Shown here piece by piece: positions 1 to 10,204 of a DNA stretch of 40,982 nt (the stretch's first letter is position 1; each line of letters opens with the position of its first letter). The stretch is from Deltaproteobacteria bacterium. Lineage in GTDB: Bacteria > Desulfobacterota > Deferrimicrobia > Deferrimicrobiales > Deferrimicrobiaceae. The translations under genes were made by a program, and so were the position numbers. Under the pieces are notes generated by a model. That model did not search any database and was not told the origin of the DNA. It saw only the letters and a list, made by a program, of their open reading frames with translations. Location: assembly GCA_037441465.1 (NCBI GenBank), contig JBBISC010000005.1, positions 1 to 40,982 of the forward strand, given 5' to 3'.

Positions 1-150
1 GGAGGGTCCGGCGGAGTCGCCGCAGGAGGGGGGCGCCCCACTCCCGTACGAACTGCGCTCCCTGGGGTACCCCCGCAGTAGGAAGAACGGGGGGCACAGC
101 GGCTTCCGGAATCGGTTTGGATACGTTAGCGTATTCGTGATGGAGAGCAC
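1..150. repeat. Mosaic intergenic repeat, copy A (module Z 1-30, X 31-72, GTAG-containing linker 73-91, W 92-150). The left side is cut by the window edge.
   Basis: Z differs at one position from 19641-19670. X (GGGCGCCCCACTCCCGTACGAACTGCGCTCCCTGGGGTACCC) recurs at 9941-9983, 10003-10044, 10137-10179 and 13062-13104. W aligns with 13280-13331 and, in inverted orientation, with 12918-12960 and 19579-19635. Confidence 0.85.
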
Positions 151-154
151 TTAG

Positions 155-1441
<1,287 letters not shown>

Positions 1442-1458
1442 GCGCTTAATCTCTGGCG

Positions 1459-2535
1459 CTACCGGCCCACGCCGCGGAACAGCGCGGCTCCGGAGCCGGC
1501 GAAGAGGACTCCGGGGAGCCACGCGGCGAGCAGGGACGGGAGCATCCCCTTCCGGCCCAGCGAAAGGGACGCCGACAGGACGACCCAGCAGGCGAACCCC
1601 ATCAGGAGCCCGAGCCCGATGCTGCGCCATACGCCGCCAGACCGGGGCGAGCGCAGGGCGAAGGGGATCGCCAACATGCTGATGAGGATGTTCAGCAGGG
1701 GGTAGGCGATCTTCGCGTGCAGGTCGGTTTCGTACCCTCTCGCCTCGTACCCCTTCCGCCTCAGCTCCCCGACGTACCCCGAGAGCTGCCCGTAGGTCAT
1801 TTCCTCGGGGGGGGTTTCCCCCTCGAGGAATCCGTCCATCGTTTCCGGGAACCGGTACGTCCGGAGGGAAAACGCCGCCACCGACGGCGTTTCCCCGAAG
1901 ACACGCTCCTTTCCTTCCGCAAGCTCCCACGCGCCATCGGGAAGGATGCGGGCCTGACGGGACTCGATCCTGCGGAGCGGGCGGAAATCCGGGTCCACCT
2001 CGATATACTGGAATCCCCGCAACGACCGGGATGGTCCGTCCACCACCTGCGCGGAGAGGATCCCACGCTCGCCGCGCATCCAGTACCGGTTCTGCGAGAA
2101 CTGCGCCGCCACCCTTCCCGGGCGCATGAGGAGGCGCTCGATCTCCCTGGCGTGCCGGTTGGCAGCCGGGGCCAGCACCTCGGAGCAGAACATCGACAGG
2201 GCCGACACCAGGGTGCACCCGACCAGGATCGGCACGCAGGCGCGGAGAAGGCTTACCCCTCCGGAAAAGATCGCCGTCAGCTCGTTCGAGCGCACGCGCA
2301 GGGAGACGGCGACCAGCACCGCCAGCATCGTCCCGACCGGGGAGACCAGCACGAAGATGCCCGGCACGCGGGTGAGGTAGTACCACCCGATTTCCAGGAG
2401 TCCCGCGTTGTTCCGCAGCAATTTTTCAGCGTGGTCGACGAAGTCGATCAGCAGGAACAGAAGGAGGAAGCCGAGGACGCAGGCGGCCGCGGCGCGGAGG
2501 AACTCCCGGAACAGGTAGCGCGACAGGACGGTCAT
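1459..2535 (-). CDS. lptG: LPS export ABC transporter permease LptG (YjgP/YjgQ family)
   Basis: 358-aa multi-pass membrane ORF with a YjgP/YjgQ-type N-terminus (LSRYLFREFL). It overlaps the upstream paralogue by 4 nt (2532-2535), the typical lptF-lptG arrangement. Confidence 0.88.
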   Translation of the reverse strand: MTVLSRYLFREFLRAAAACVLGFLLLFLLIDFVDHAEKLLRNNAGLLEIGWYYLTRVPGIFVLVSPVGTMLAVLVAVSLRVRSNELTAIFSGGVSLLRACVPILVGCTLVSALSMFCSEVLAPAANRHAREIERLLMRPGRVAAQFSQNRYWMRGERGILSAQVVDGPSRSLRGFQYIEVDPDFRPLRRIESRQARILPDGAWELAEGKERVFGETPSVAAFSLRTYRFPETMDGFLEGETPPEEMTYGQLSGYVGELRRKGYEARGYETDLHAKIAYPLLNILISMLAIPFALRSPRSGGVWRSIGLGLLMGFACWVVLSASLSLGRKGMLPSLLAAWLPGVLFAGSGAALFRGVGR

Positions 2536-3665
2536 TTGCGGTGCCGATCATTTCCGAAGATACGAGGCAAGAGGGTCGTGGAGTGCTCCGACCGCCAGAG
2601 GATCCACGCGGCGAGGGAGATGCCGAGGGCGTTCGGCGCCCAGAGGAGGGCGATCATCCCGGGACCGGAGCGTCTCTCCACCGCTCCCGCCGCGGCGATG
2701 AACAGGTAGTAGACCAGGAACAGGGCGACGGTGATCCCGACGGCGGACGACTTTCCCCGGGATTCCAGAGAGAACCCGAGAGGAATCGCGAGCAGACCGA
2801 AGGAGAGGCAGGAGACGGCGAGGGAGAGCCGACGGTGGAAATGGTACCGGTAGGTGGCGTTCGCCCCTCCGCCCCCGGTCGCGTCGACCTTCCGTGACAG
2901 TTCGGGGAGGGTCATCCCTTTCGGGTCGTCCCCTCTGGGAACGGAGGAGGCCTCGAGGGGAATCCGGAACATCATCCGGCCGAAGGAGGCGAGGCGGTAC
3001 AACGGTTTTCCCGTCGACTCGCCGTGGATGGTCCCGTCGGACAACTCCAGGCCGACCACCCCGTCGCCGGCGGCGGGCACGAAGCGCCCTTCGCGCGCGA
3101 ACACGAGAAGCGGATCGTCTCCCGCCGGACGGAAGGAGAGAAAGACGCCGAACATCCGCTCTCCGTCCGGGGAGACCCGGTCGGGATACACCAGGACCTC
3201 GGGGGTGATCTCGCGGAAGATGTGCCCGGAGGCGCCGGCACCGGCGCGCTCGGAAACGATCAGGGAAAGGGTGCGCCGCGTCTCGCGGTACCCCCAGGGG
3301 ACCCCGTGCCATCCGGTCAGCAGCACCGCCGCGCAAGTGATGACGCTGGCGGCCAGCACGGGGAGGGCGACCCCGCGCATCCCCACCCCGGCGGCGGAGA
3401 GCGCCGTCGTCTCCGAATCCGCGGCCAGCCGCCCAAGGCCGAGAAGGACCGAGAGGAGCAGGGAGGCGGGAAGGGTGATCTCGAAGAACGGGGGGATGAG
3501 GGAGAGGAGGAGGCGCCCGACAAGGGGCGTCGGCACCCCCTTCGCGATCACCAGGTCCGCAAGCCGGGAGAATTGCTGGAGCAGGACGATGACGGTGAAG
3601 CTTCCCACTCCGACCAGGAACGGGCCGGTTATTTCGCCGAGCAGATATTTCCGTGTGATTCTCAT
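2532..3665 (-). CDS. lptF: LPS export ABC transporter permease LptF (YjgP/YjgQ family)
   Basis: 377-aa membrane ORF with a YjgP/YjgQ-type N-terminus (ITRKYLLGEITGPFLVG), translationally coupled to lptG. Confidence 0.88.
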   Translation of the reverse strand: MRITRKYLLGEITGPFLVGVGSFTVIVLLQQFSRLADLVIAKGVPTPLVGRLLLSLIPPFFEITLPASLLLSVLLGLGRLAADSETTALSAAGVGMRGVALPVLAASVITCAAVLLTGWHGVPWGYRETRRTLSLIVSERAGAGASGHIFREITPEVLVYPDRVSPDGERMFGVFLSFRPAGDDPLLVFAREGRFVPAAGDGVVGLELSDGTIHGESTGKPLYRLASFGRMMFRIPLEASSVPRGDDPKGMTLPELSRKVDATGGGGANATYRYHFHRRLSLAVSCLSFGLLAIPLGFSLESRGKSSAVGITVALFLVYYLFIAAAGAVERRSGPGMIALLWAPNALGISLAAWILWRSEHSTTLLPRIFGNDRHRK

Positions 3666-3713
3666 CGTGTAGTATCATACTTTATCATTCCCCGCCGGAG
3701 GAGCCCGGAACCA

Positions 3714-3747
3714 TTAGCGGCCCATTTCACAAATACGGCTGCATTCG
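3714..3747. repeat. Degenerate copy of repeat end-module V upstream of ribF
   Basis: TTAGCGGCCCATTTCACAAATACGGCTGCATTCG compares with TAAGTGCTGCGTTTCATCAATACGGCGGCATGTG at 12916-12949. About two thirds of positions match, and the core TTTCAnnAATACGGCnGCAT matches at 17 of 20. Confidence 0.45.
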
Positions 3748-3771
3748 AGAGGGAGGGGACGGTCGGGCCGA

Positions 3772-4749
3772 ATGGATGTCATCGAGGGATCCGGGAACTT
3801 CTCCCCGACCGGGGAGACTTCCCTGACGATCGGAAATTTCGACGGGGTGCACCTTGGCCATCGGGAGCTTCTGCGGCGGGCCGTGGTGCACGCACGTGAT
3901 CTCCGCCTGCAGGCCATCGCCCTCACCTTCACGCCGCATCCGGTCCGCTTCTTCACCCCCAGGGCGCGCTTCTACGAGATCACCTCGATGGGGGAAAAGG
4001 CGTCCCGGATAGAGGAGCTCGGGATCGATGTCCTGGTCGTTGAAGCGTTCACCGGGGCGATCGGCGGGATGGGACCGGAGGAGTTCGCCCGGACGGTTCT
4101 CCATGAGCGGCTGCGCGCCCGCGTCGTCACGGTGGGATACGACTTCACCTTCGGAAGGAACCGGACGGGGTCTCCCGGGATGCTCCGGCGGATCGGCAGC
4201 GAGCTCGGGTTCGAGGTGGACGTCGTCCCGCCGCTTCTGCGCGGGGGGGGGATCGTGAGCTCCAGCCGCATCCGGGATCTCCTGCTCTCGGGGCGGGTGC
4301 GGGAGGCCGAGGAACTCCTGTGCAGACCGTACGCGGTGTCCGGGCGGGTGATTCCCGGCTCCGCCCGGGGACGAAAGCTCGGGTTTCCGACCGCAAACGT
4401 CGAGTTCGTGCAGGAACTCCTCCCGCTGCCGGGAGTGTACGTGATCGACGCCGCCGTGGGGGGTGTCGTGCGGAGAGGGGTGGCCAACGTCGGCTTCAGT
4501 CCCACCTTCGGGGAGAACTCCCTCGCGGTGGAGGCGCACCTGCTCGATTTCACGGGCGATCTCTACGGGCAGGAGATGACGGTGCGCTTCAGGGACCGCA
4601 TCCGTGACGAGCGGAAGTTCAAGAGCGTGGAGGAACTTGTGCGCCAGATCGAGAAGGATATCGGGTACGCACGGTCGGCGCGGCTCGCAACGCATCCGCA
4701 AACGGACGACGCGGCCTCCGGCGGACGGCGGGAGGACGGCGGCCGATGA
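3772..4749 (+). CDS. ribF: Bifunctional riboflavin kinase / FMN adenylyltransferase
   Basis: The N-terminal nucleotidyltransferase motif GNFDGVHLGHRELL and the C-terminal riboflavin kinase region (GFPTANV, GVYV, PTFG) are both present. Confidence 0.95.
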   Translation: MDVIEGSGNFSPTGETSLTIGNFDGVHLGHRELLRRAVVHARDLRLQAIALTFTPHPVRFFTPRARFYEITSMGEKASRIEELGIDVLVVEAFTGAIGGMGPEEFARTVLHERLRARVVTVGYDFTFGRNRTGSPGMLRRIGSELGFEVDVVPPLLRGGGIVSSSRIRDLLLSGRVREAEELLCRPYAVSGRVIPGSARGRKLGFPTANVEFVQELLPLPGVYVIDAAVGGVVRRGVANVGFSPTFGENSLAVEAHLLDFTGDLYGQEMTVRFRDRIRDERKFKSVEELVRQIEKDIGYARSARLATHPQTDDAASGGRREDGGR

Positions 4750-6152
4750 AGTTCCCGGCGTCGGTTCTCTCCGTCCTTCTCCTTCTCCCGATCTTCCCCG
4801 CGTGCACCGGCGGAGGGCCCGGGGGCGCGCCGGCGCCGTCCAGCATCGCCTCGGTCCAGCAGGCGCTCGTAGCCGCCGTGGAGCGCTCCGTCCCCGCGGT
4901 GGTCAACATCCACACCGTCACCCGCTTCGCGCGCGGAACGCCTGAGTCGGCGCGGCAGTCGGACGGCCGGCCGCCGGAGTATCTCGTGGATCTGCTCGAG
5001 GAGAACGGCGGGTTCCGAGAGAACTCCCTCGGGTCGGGGGTCATCATCGGGGAGGACGGGCTGATCGTCACCAACGAGCACGTCATCCGCGATGCGGATG
5101 AGATCGTGGTCCGTCTTTCGGATCGGAGCGAGCACCGGGCGAAGGTGGTCGGGGCGGACGTCCGGACGGACGTGGCCGTGCTTCGGATCCAGTCGCCCGG
5201 AAAGCTCCCGGTGGCGACGCTGGGCGACTCCTCCCGCCTGAGAGTCGGGGAGTTCGCCATCGCGGTGGGGAACCCGTTCGGCCTTGAGAGCACCGTGACC
5301 CTCGGCGTGGTGAGCGCGACCGGGCGCAGCGCGGAACCGGACCTCCAGGGCGGGGACGATTTCATCCAGACCGACGCGTCGATCAACCCGGGAAACTCGG
5401 GGGGGCCTCTCCTCAACGCGCGCGGGGAAGTGGTCGGGATCAACACGGCGATGGTGACCGCAGGCCAGGGGATCGGCTTCGCCATCCCGATCAACACGGT
5501 CCGGTCGGTGGAACAGGACCTGGTCGCGCACGGGATGGTTCGGCAGGGGTGGCTCGGCCTGGGGATCCAGACACTTTCCCCGGAGCTGGCCGACGCGTTC
5601 GGAGCGAAGGGCGAAAAGGGGATCCTGGTGAACCGCGTCGTTCCGGGCAGCCCCGCCGAGCGGGGGGGCATGCGGATGGGGGATATCCTGGTCGCCTTCG
5701 GAAAAGTCCGCGTATCCGGGGTCAAGGAGTTTCAGAGGCTGGTCGCCGGGACCGTTCCCGGTTCCCAGGTGACGCTCGAGATGCTCCGCGAGGGGAAACG
5801 AATGGCGGCGACGGTGACGGTCGAAGAGGCGGAGAAGCAGGCGGAGGGGAGACGCCCGCCCCCCCGTGAGCCGGTGGACCCTCTCGGGATGGCCGTGCGG
5901 CCCGTACCGAAGCACCTGCTGAGGGAGATGGAGCTTCGCGGAGGCGTCGAAGTGACGTTCGTCGAAACCGCCAGCCCGGCGTGGGACGGCGGCGTCCGGG
6001 AAGGGGACGTCCTTCTCTTCATCAACCGGGAAACGGTTCGTCGCCTCGACGAGTACCGGAAGGCTGTGTCGCGACTCCCCCGGGGGCGGCAGGTGTTCGC
6101 CCTGGTCTACCGCGAGGGTGTCCAGCTTTATGTGGCGCTGAAAAGCAGGTAA
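4746..6152 (+). CDS. htrA: HtrA/DegP-family periplasmic serine endoprotease with a predicted lipoprotein signal
   Basis: Trypsin-like core with active-site GNSGGPLLN and a His region (TNEHVI), followed by two PDZ-like regions. The N-terminus LLLLPIFPAC resembles a lipobox. ATGA start/stop overlap with ribF. Confidence 0.92.
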   Translation: MKFPASVLSVLLLLPIFPACTGGGPGGAPAPSSIASVQQALVAAVERSVPAVVNIHTVTRFARGTPESARQSDGRPPEYLVDLLEENGGFRENSLGSGVIIGEDGLIVTNEHVIRDADEIVVRLSDRSEHRAKVVGADVRTDVAVLRIQSPGKLPVATLGDSSRLRVGEFAIAVGNPFGLESTVTLGVVSATGRSAEPDLQGGDDFIQTDASINPGNSGGPLLNARGEVVGINTAMVTAGQGIGFAIPINTVRSVEQDLVAHGMVRQGWLGLGIQTLSPELADAFGAKGEKGILVNRVVPGSPAERGGMRMGDILVAFGKVRVSGVKEFQRLVAGTVPGSQVTLEMLREGKRMAATVTVEEAEKQAEGRRPPPREPVDPLGMAVRPVPKHLLREMELRGGVEVTFVETASPAWDGGVREGDVLLFINRETVRRLDEYRKAVSRLPRGRQVFALVYREGVQLYVALKSR

Positions 6153-6162
6153 GGAGGAGCCG

Positions 6163-6429
6163 ATGGGAGTGGTGAAGGACACGGACGTGGCACGGCGGAT
6201 CGCCCGGGCGGTGGTCTCGGACATCGCGCTGTACAACGCGAAGAAGGTCGAGGAGGGGGTCCGGAACGACACCCTGTTCGATCTCCTGAAGGAAGAGATC
6301 GAGGAGGGACAGAGCTACTACGCGAGCCGTATCGACCCCGAGATCGCGAAGAGCACGAATTATTTCGACCAGGCGCTGGTGGATGTTTTGCTCAAGCCGG
6401 CCGGGCACATCCCCTCGAAGATCTGGTAG
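6163..6429 (+). CDS. Small hypothetical protein (88 aa, acidic, predicted helical)
   Basis: Strong AGGAGG-type SD (gtaaggaggagcc) sits just upstream of ATG 6163. The ORF fits tightly between htrA and rluD and has coding-like composition. I recognise no family. Confidence 0.6.
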   Translation: MGVVKDTDVARRIARAVVSDIALYNAKKVEEGVRNDTLFDLLKEEIEEGQSYYASRIDPEIAKSTNYFDQALVDVLLKPAGHIPSKIW

Positions 6430-6430
6430 C

Positions 6431-7399
6431 GTGACGCCGAACGGGCCGCGCGGGACCCACCGGCTGACCGTTCCGGCCGACCGGGCGGGGGAACGCCTCG
6501 ACCGGTACCTTCCGGAGGCGATCCCGGGGATCTCCCGGGCGCGCGGGCAGCGGTTGATCGGGGAGGGGAACGTCCGGCTGGAGGGAGAGATCCCGCGCTC
6601 CTCGACCCGCCTGAAGGGCGGGGAAACGATGATCGTCGTCGTCCCTCCTCCCGTCCCCCTCGACATGATGCCGGAGGATCTCCCCCTCCGTGTACTGTAT
6701 GAAGATGCCCACCTGCTGGTCGTCGAAAAACCTGCCGGCATGGTGGTTCACCCCGCGCCGGGGCACCCCCGCGGAACCCTCGTGAACGCGCTCCTTGGGC
6801 GCTCCGACACCCTGTCCGGAGTCGGGGGCGTTTCCCGCCCGGGGATCGTCCACCGGCTCGATCGCGACACATCCGGAGTTCTCGTGGTCGCGAGGACCGA
6901 CGCCGCCCACGGGACGCTGTCCGCCCGGTTTGCCGCCCACGCGATGGACCGGAAGTACCATGGGATCGTCTTCGGAGGCCCGCCTGCGGACAAGGGAACC
7001 GTATCGACGCGGATCGGGAGGCTCCCCGTCCACCGGAAAAAGATGGCGGTGCTGCCGACGGGGGGACGGGAGGCCGTCACACACTACCGGCGGCTCGAAA
7101 CGTTCGGCCCCTTCTCCCTTCTCGAGTTCCTCCTTTCGACGGGACGCACCCACCAGGTGCGGGTGCACTGCGCCCACCTCGGCTGTCCGATCGTCGGAGA
7201 CGACGTGTATGGAAGGTCGCGGAAGATCCCCCTCGGGAAGGGGACGACCGCGCGGAGGGTGACCGTCTCCCGCTTTCTCCTGCACGCGTTCCACCTGGCG
7301 TTCCCGCATCCGGTCACCGGGGAACCTCTCTCCTTCACCATTCCCGACCCGCCGGAGTTCGCCGCCTTCCGCGCCGCGGTCGTCGAGATCTATGGATGA
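6431..7399 (+). CDS. rluD: RluA-family 23S rRNA pseudouridine synthase (RluD-like)
   Basis: S4-like N-terminus (GERLDRYL) and the catalytic motif HRLDRDTSGVLVVA. The start is uncertain: GTG 6431 lies just after the upstream stop, and ATG 6383 is an in-frame alternative. Confidence 0.9.
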   Translation: MTPNGPRGTHRLTVPADRAGERLDRYLPEAIPGISRARGQRLIGEGNVRLEGEIPRSSTRLKGGETMIVVVPPPVPLDMMPEDLPLRVLYEDAHLLVVEKPAGMVVHPAPGHPRGTLVNALLGRSDTLSGVGGVSRPGIVHRLDRDTSGVLVVARTDAAHGTLSARFAAHAMDRKYHGIVFGGPPADKGTVSTRIGRLPVHRKKMAVLPTGGREAVTHYRRLETFGPFSLLEFLLSTGRTHQVRVHCAHLGCPIVGDDVYGRSRKIPLGKGTTARRVTVSRFLLHAFHLAFPHPVTGEPLSFTIPDPPEFAAFRAAVVEIYG

Positions 7400-7494
7400 A
7401 ATGATTCAGGCCTTTCCCCGGCGGGGAGAAAATTTCCGCGAGGGGCAGGCGCTTTCGGGGGACATTCCTGGACCCGACCCGGGACGAAGGGGAG

Positions 7495-7555
7495 GAGTGT
7501 CCCCCACTGCGGGAAAGAGTGTCCCTCACTGCAGGGAAGGAGTGTCCTCCGCCCG
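7495..7555 (+). repeat. Three tandem direct repeats (22-23 nt period) abutting the pgeF start
   Basis: GAGTGTCCCCCACTGCGGGAAA (7495-7516), GAGTGTCCCTCACTGCAGGGAAG (7517-7539) and GAGTGTCCTCCGCCCG (7540-7555). Confidence 0.8.
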
Positions 7556-8284
7556 TTGAAACCTCTTCCGCACTTCGTGCAGTCTCCCCTTCTGCGTTCC
7601 GTGCCGGGGGTCTACCACGCCTTCCTCGGCGTGGATCCGGTAGAGGGACGGGGGGATCGTGATCGGCTGAGGGAGGTCTTCTCCCTTGCCGCGGAAACGA
7701 TCGGTACGCTGAAGCAGGTTCACTCGGCGTCCGTTCTTTCCTTCGAACCCGGAGACGGGGATCTCCCCGACGGGTGGAAGCGGGAGGGAGACGCCCTCTG
7801 GACGGAGAGCCCCGCGACCGGTGTGGGGGTCCACACGGCGGATTGCGTCCCGATCCTTCTCGCCCACCGGAAGATCCCAGTCGTCGCGGCCGTCCATGCG
7901 GGGTGGCGGGGGTTTGCCGCCGGGATCGTCGAGGAAACCGTCCGCGCCCTTGCGGCGCGATTCGGGGACGCCGCCGTGGGGGGGATCGTCGCCGTCGCGG
8001 GCCCCTGTGCGCGGGGATGTTGCTACGAGGTCGGGGAGGAAACGGCGGAGGCGCTCCACGGTCTGCCGGGGGAGGCTTCGCTCCTGAGAAAGGGGAAGGC
8101 GCCGGGGAAGTGGACCGCCGACCTCCAGGGGATCGCCCTCGCGGCGCTCCAGGGGGCAGGTATTCCCGCCGGACAAACGGAGGGGGCGGGGCCCTGCACG
8201 ATCTGCTCCCCCCGCTTCCACTCCTTCCGCCGCGAAAAATCGACGACCGCCCGGCAGCTGAGTTTTCTCTATATCAGGGATTGA
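7556..8284 (+). CDS. pgeF: Peptidoglycan editing factor PgeF (YfiH/DUF152, laccase-domain protein)
   Basis: Family motifs KQVHS, HTADCVPILL, AAVHAGWRG and CTxC near the C-terminus. The track uses a TTG start at 7556. Confidence 0.88.
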   Translation: MKPLPHFVQSPLLRSVPGVYHAFLGVDPVEGRGDRDRLREVFSLAAETIGTLKQVHSASVLSFEPGDGDLPDGWKREGDALWTESPATGVGVHTADCVPILLAHRKIPVVAAVHAGWRGFAAGIVEETVRALAARFGDAAVGGIVAVAGPCARGCCYEVGEETAEALHGLPGEASLLRKGKAPGKWTADLQGIALAALQGAGIPAGQTEGAGPCTICSPRFHSFRREKSTTARQLSFLYIRD

Positions 8285-8451
8285 CGCGCGGGTCTTTTTT
8301 AAGGTAGTCTTGTTACCTCTGGACCAGATCAACGCACATTCGGCGATAACCCGCTGCCCTTTGGAGTGCCTTCCGAGCGTTATTCCACCACGTTGAAGAC
8401 GGTGGTTTCCATTTGCCGCAGGAGAATACTTACGTTTCCGGGAGAGCGTGC

Positions 8452-9699
8452 ATGAACCTGAAAGAGCTGAAAGGGATGCGGATCGGAGATCTGACGGAGA
8501 TCGCCAAGAAGATGAACGTCGATGGGGCCGCCGGCCTGAAAAAGCAGGAACTCATCTTCGCCATCCTACAGTCCCAGACCGACCAGGAAGTGATCGTCTC
8601 CGGAGAGGGGGTCCTCGAGGTCCTCCCCGACGGCTACGGGTTCCTCCGCGCCCCCGACTCCAACTATCTCCCGGGTCCCGACGACATCTACGTCTCCCCC
8701 TCGCAGATCCGCCGCTTCGGCCTGCGCACGGGGGATACCGTCAGCGGACAGATTCGGGCACCCAAGGGGGACGAGCGGTACTTCGCCCTCCTGAAGGTCG
8801 AGAAGGTCAACTACGAAGATCCCGAAATCAGCAAGGACAAGATCCTCTTCGACAACCTGACGCCCCTCTACCCGCAGGAAAAGTTCACGATGGAGTACGC
8901 GCACGACAACTACGCCACCCGGATCATCGACCTCATCGCGCCGATCGGCAAGGGGCAGCGCGCGCTGATCACCTCCCCGCCGCGGGCGGGGAAAACGGTC
9001 ATCCTCCAGAACATCGCGAACGGCCTCACCAAGAACCACCCCGAGGCCGTCCTCATCGTGCTGCTTATCGACGAGCGGCCCGAGGAGGTGACCGACATGC
9101 AGCGCAGCGTCAAGGGGGAAGTCATCTCCTCCACGTTCGACGAGCCGGCGCAGCGCCACGTGCAGGTGGCGGAGATGGTCCTCGAGAAGGCGAAACGCCT
9201 GGTGGAGCACAAGAAGGACGTGGTCATCCTGCTCGACAGCATCACGCGGCTGGCGCGGGCCTACAACGCCGTCGTCCCCCCGTCGGGGAAGGTCCTCTCC
9301 GGCGGCGTCGACGCCAACGCCCTCCAGAAGCCGAAACGGTTCTTCGGGGCGGCCCGGAACATCGAGGAAGGGGGCTCGCTGACCATCATCGCGACGGCCC
9401 TCATCGAGACCGGCAGCCGGATGGACGAGGTGATCTTCGAGGAGTTCAAGGGAACCGGCAACAACGAACTCGTCCTCGACCGGAAGATCTCCGAAAAGCG
9501 GATCTTCCCGGCCATCGACATCAACAAGTCCGGCACGCGGAAGGAGGAGCTTCTCCTCGAGAAGAACCTCCTCCAGCGCGTCTGGATCCTCCGGAAGTTC
9601 CTCTCCCCCCTGTCGCCGGCGGAGAGCATGGAGTTCCTCCTGGACAAGATCTCCAAGACCAAGACGAACAAGGAGTTCATCGAGTCGATGAACGCCTGA
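8452..9699 (+). CDS. rho: Transcription termination factor Rho
   Basis: Canonical N-terminus [20 protein letters not shown], an RNA-binding domain, Walker A SPPRAGKT and a highly conserved C-terminal ATPase. ATG 8452 is preferred over the upstream TTG 8413. Confidence 0.97.
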   Translation: MNLKELKGMRIGDLTEIAKKMNVDGAAGLKKQELIFAILQSQTDQEVIVSGEGVLEVLPDGYGFLRAPDSNYLPGPDDIYVSPSQIRRFGLRTGDTVSGQIRAPKGDERYFALLKVEKVNYEDPEISKDKILFDNLTPLYPQEKFTMEYAHDNYATRIIDLIAPIGKGQRALITSPPRAGKTVILQNIANGLTKNHPEAVLIVLLIDERPEEVTDMQRSVKGEVISSTFDEPAQRHVQVAEMVLEKAKRLVEHKKDVVILLDSITRLARAYNAVVPPSGKVLSGGVDANALQKPKRFFGAARNIEEGGSLTIIATALIETGSRMDEVIFEEFKGTGNNELVLDRKISEKRIFPAIDINKSGTRKEELLLEKNLLQRVWILRKFLSPLSPAESMEFLLDKISKTKTNKEFIESMNA

Positions 9700-9722
9700 A
9701 ACGGCCGAAAGGAAACGGAACG

Positions 9723-9932
9723 ATGAAGGAAAACATGCATCCGAAGTACGTCACCGCGACCGTGAAGTGCGCCTGCGGGAACACCTTCGAGACGATGTCG
9801 GTCATGGAGGAGATCAAGGTGGCCATCTGCTCCAACTGCCACCCGTTCTTCACGGGCAAGCAGAAGCTGATCGACACCGCGGGGCGGATCGAAAAGTTCG
9901 AGAAGAAGTACGGCAAGGGGGCGAAGGCTTAA
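9723..9932 (+). CDS. rpmE: 50S ribosomal protein L31 (Zn-ribbon type)
   Basis: MKENMHPKY...CACGN...[13 protein letters not shown] is diagnostic of L31. It is the last 70 codons of the artefactual 8448-9932 ORF. Confidence 0.95.
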   Translation: MKENMHPKYVTATVKCACGNTFETMSVMEEIKVAICSNCHPFFTGKQKLIDTAGRIEKFEKKYGKGAKA

Positions 9933-10204
9933 GTTCCATGGGGGCGCCCCACTCCCGTATGGAACGCGCTCCCTGGGGTACCCTCGCTGTAGGAAAAACG
10001 GAGGGCACCCCACTCCCGTATGGAACGCGCTCCCTGGGGTACCCCCGGCTCGACATGAGGGGCACGACTGCGCTCGGGAGTGGCCGGTACTCGAATGCCG
10101 TCGTGCTATTTATGAAATGGAGCAATCAGCTCAAAGGGGGCACCCCACTCCCGTATGTAATGCGCTCCCTGGGGTACCCTCACTAACAGAAGACGGAGGG
10201 CACC
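9932..10204. repeat. Mosaic intergenic repeat, copy B: three direct X units plus a truncated V-like start and a truncated W-like end
   Basis: X units lie at 9941-9983, 10003-10044 and 10137-10179. Units 1 and 2 are 61 nt apart. Units 1 and 3 are followed by an ...ACGGAG tail and then a new GGGCAC. The left junction is TA|AGTTCCATGG at the rpmE stop. The right end is GGGCACCTTCCGG (10199-10211), which resembles the start of W. Confidence 0.85.

Noticed and set aside
92-110. Sigma54 promoter in the recurring GGGCAC-N-CTTCC motif (also 13280-13297 and 10199-10211)
   Set aside because: The -24 GG is plausible, but the position 10 nt downstream reads TC or CC rather than the required TTGC/-12 GC element in all three copies.
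8281-8305. Intrinsic terminator after pgeF (T6 run at 8295-8300)
   Set aside because: The sequence preceding the T-run (GACGCGCGGGTC) can only form a 3-bp stem, so it is not a credible hairpin.
9941-10179. Possible CRISPR array formed by the three X repeats
   Set aside because: There are only three units. The spacers are of very unequal length (about 19 and 92 nt) and themselves contain repeat-related sequence. The same unit is scattered singly at other loci (31-72, 13062-13104), and there are no cas genes in the window.
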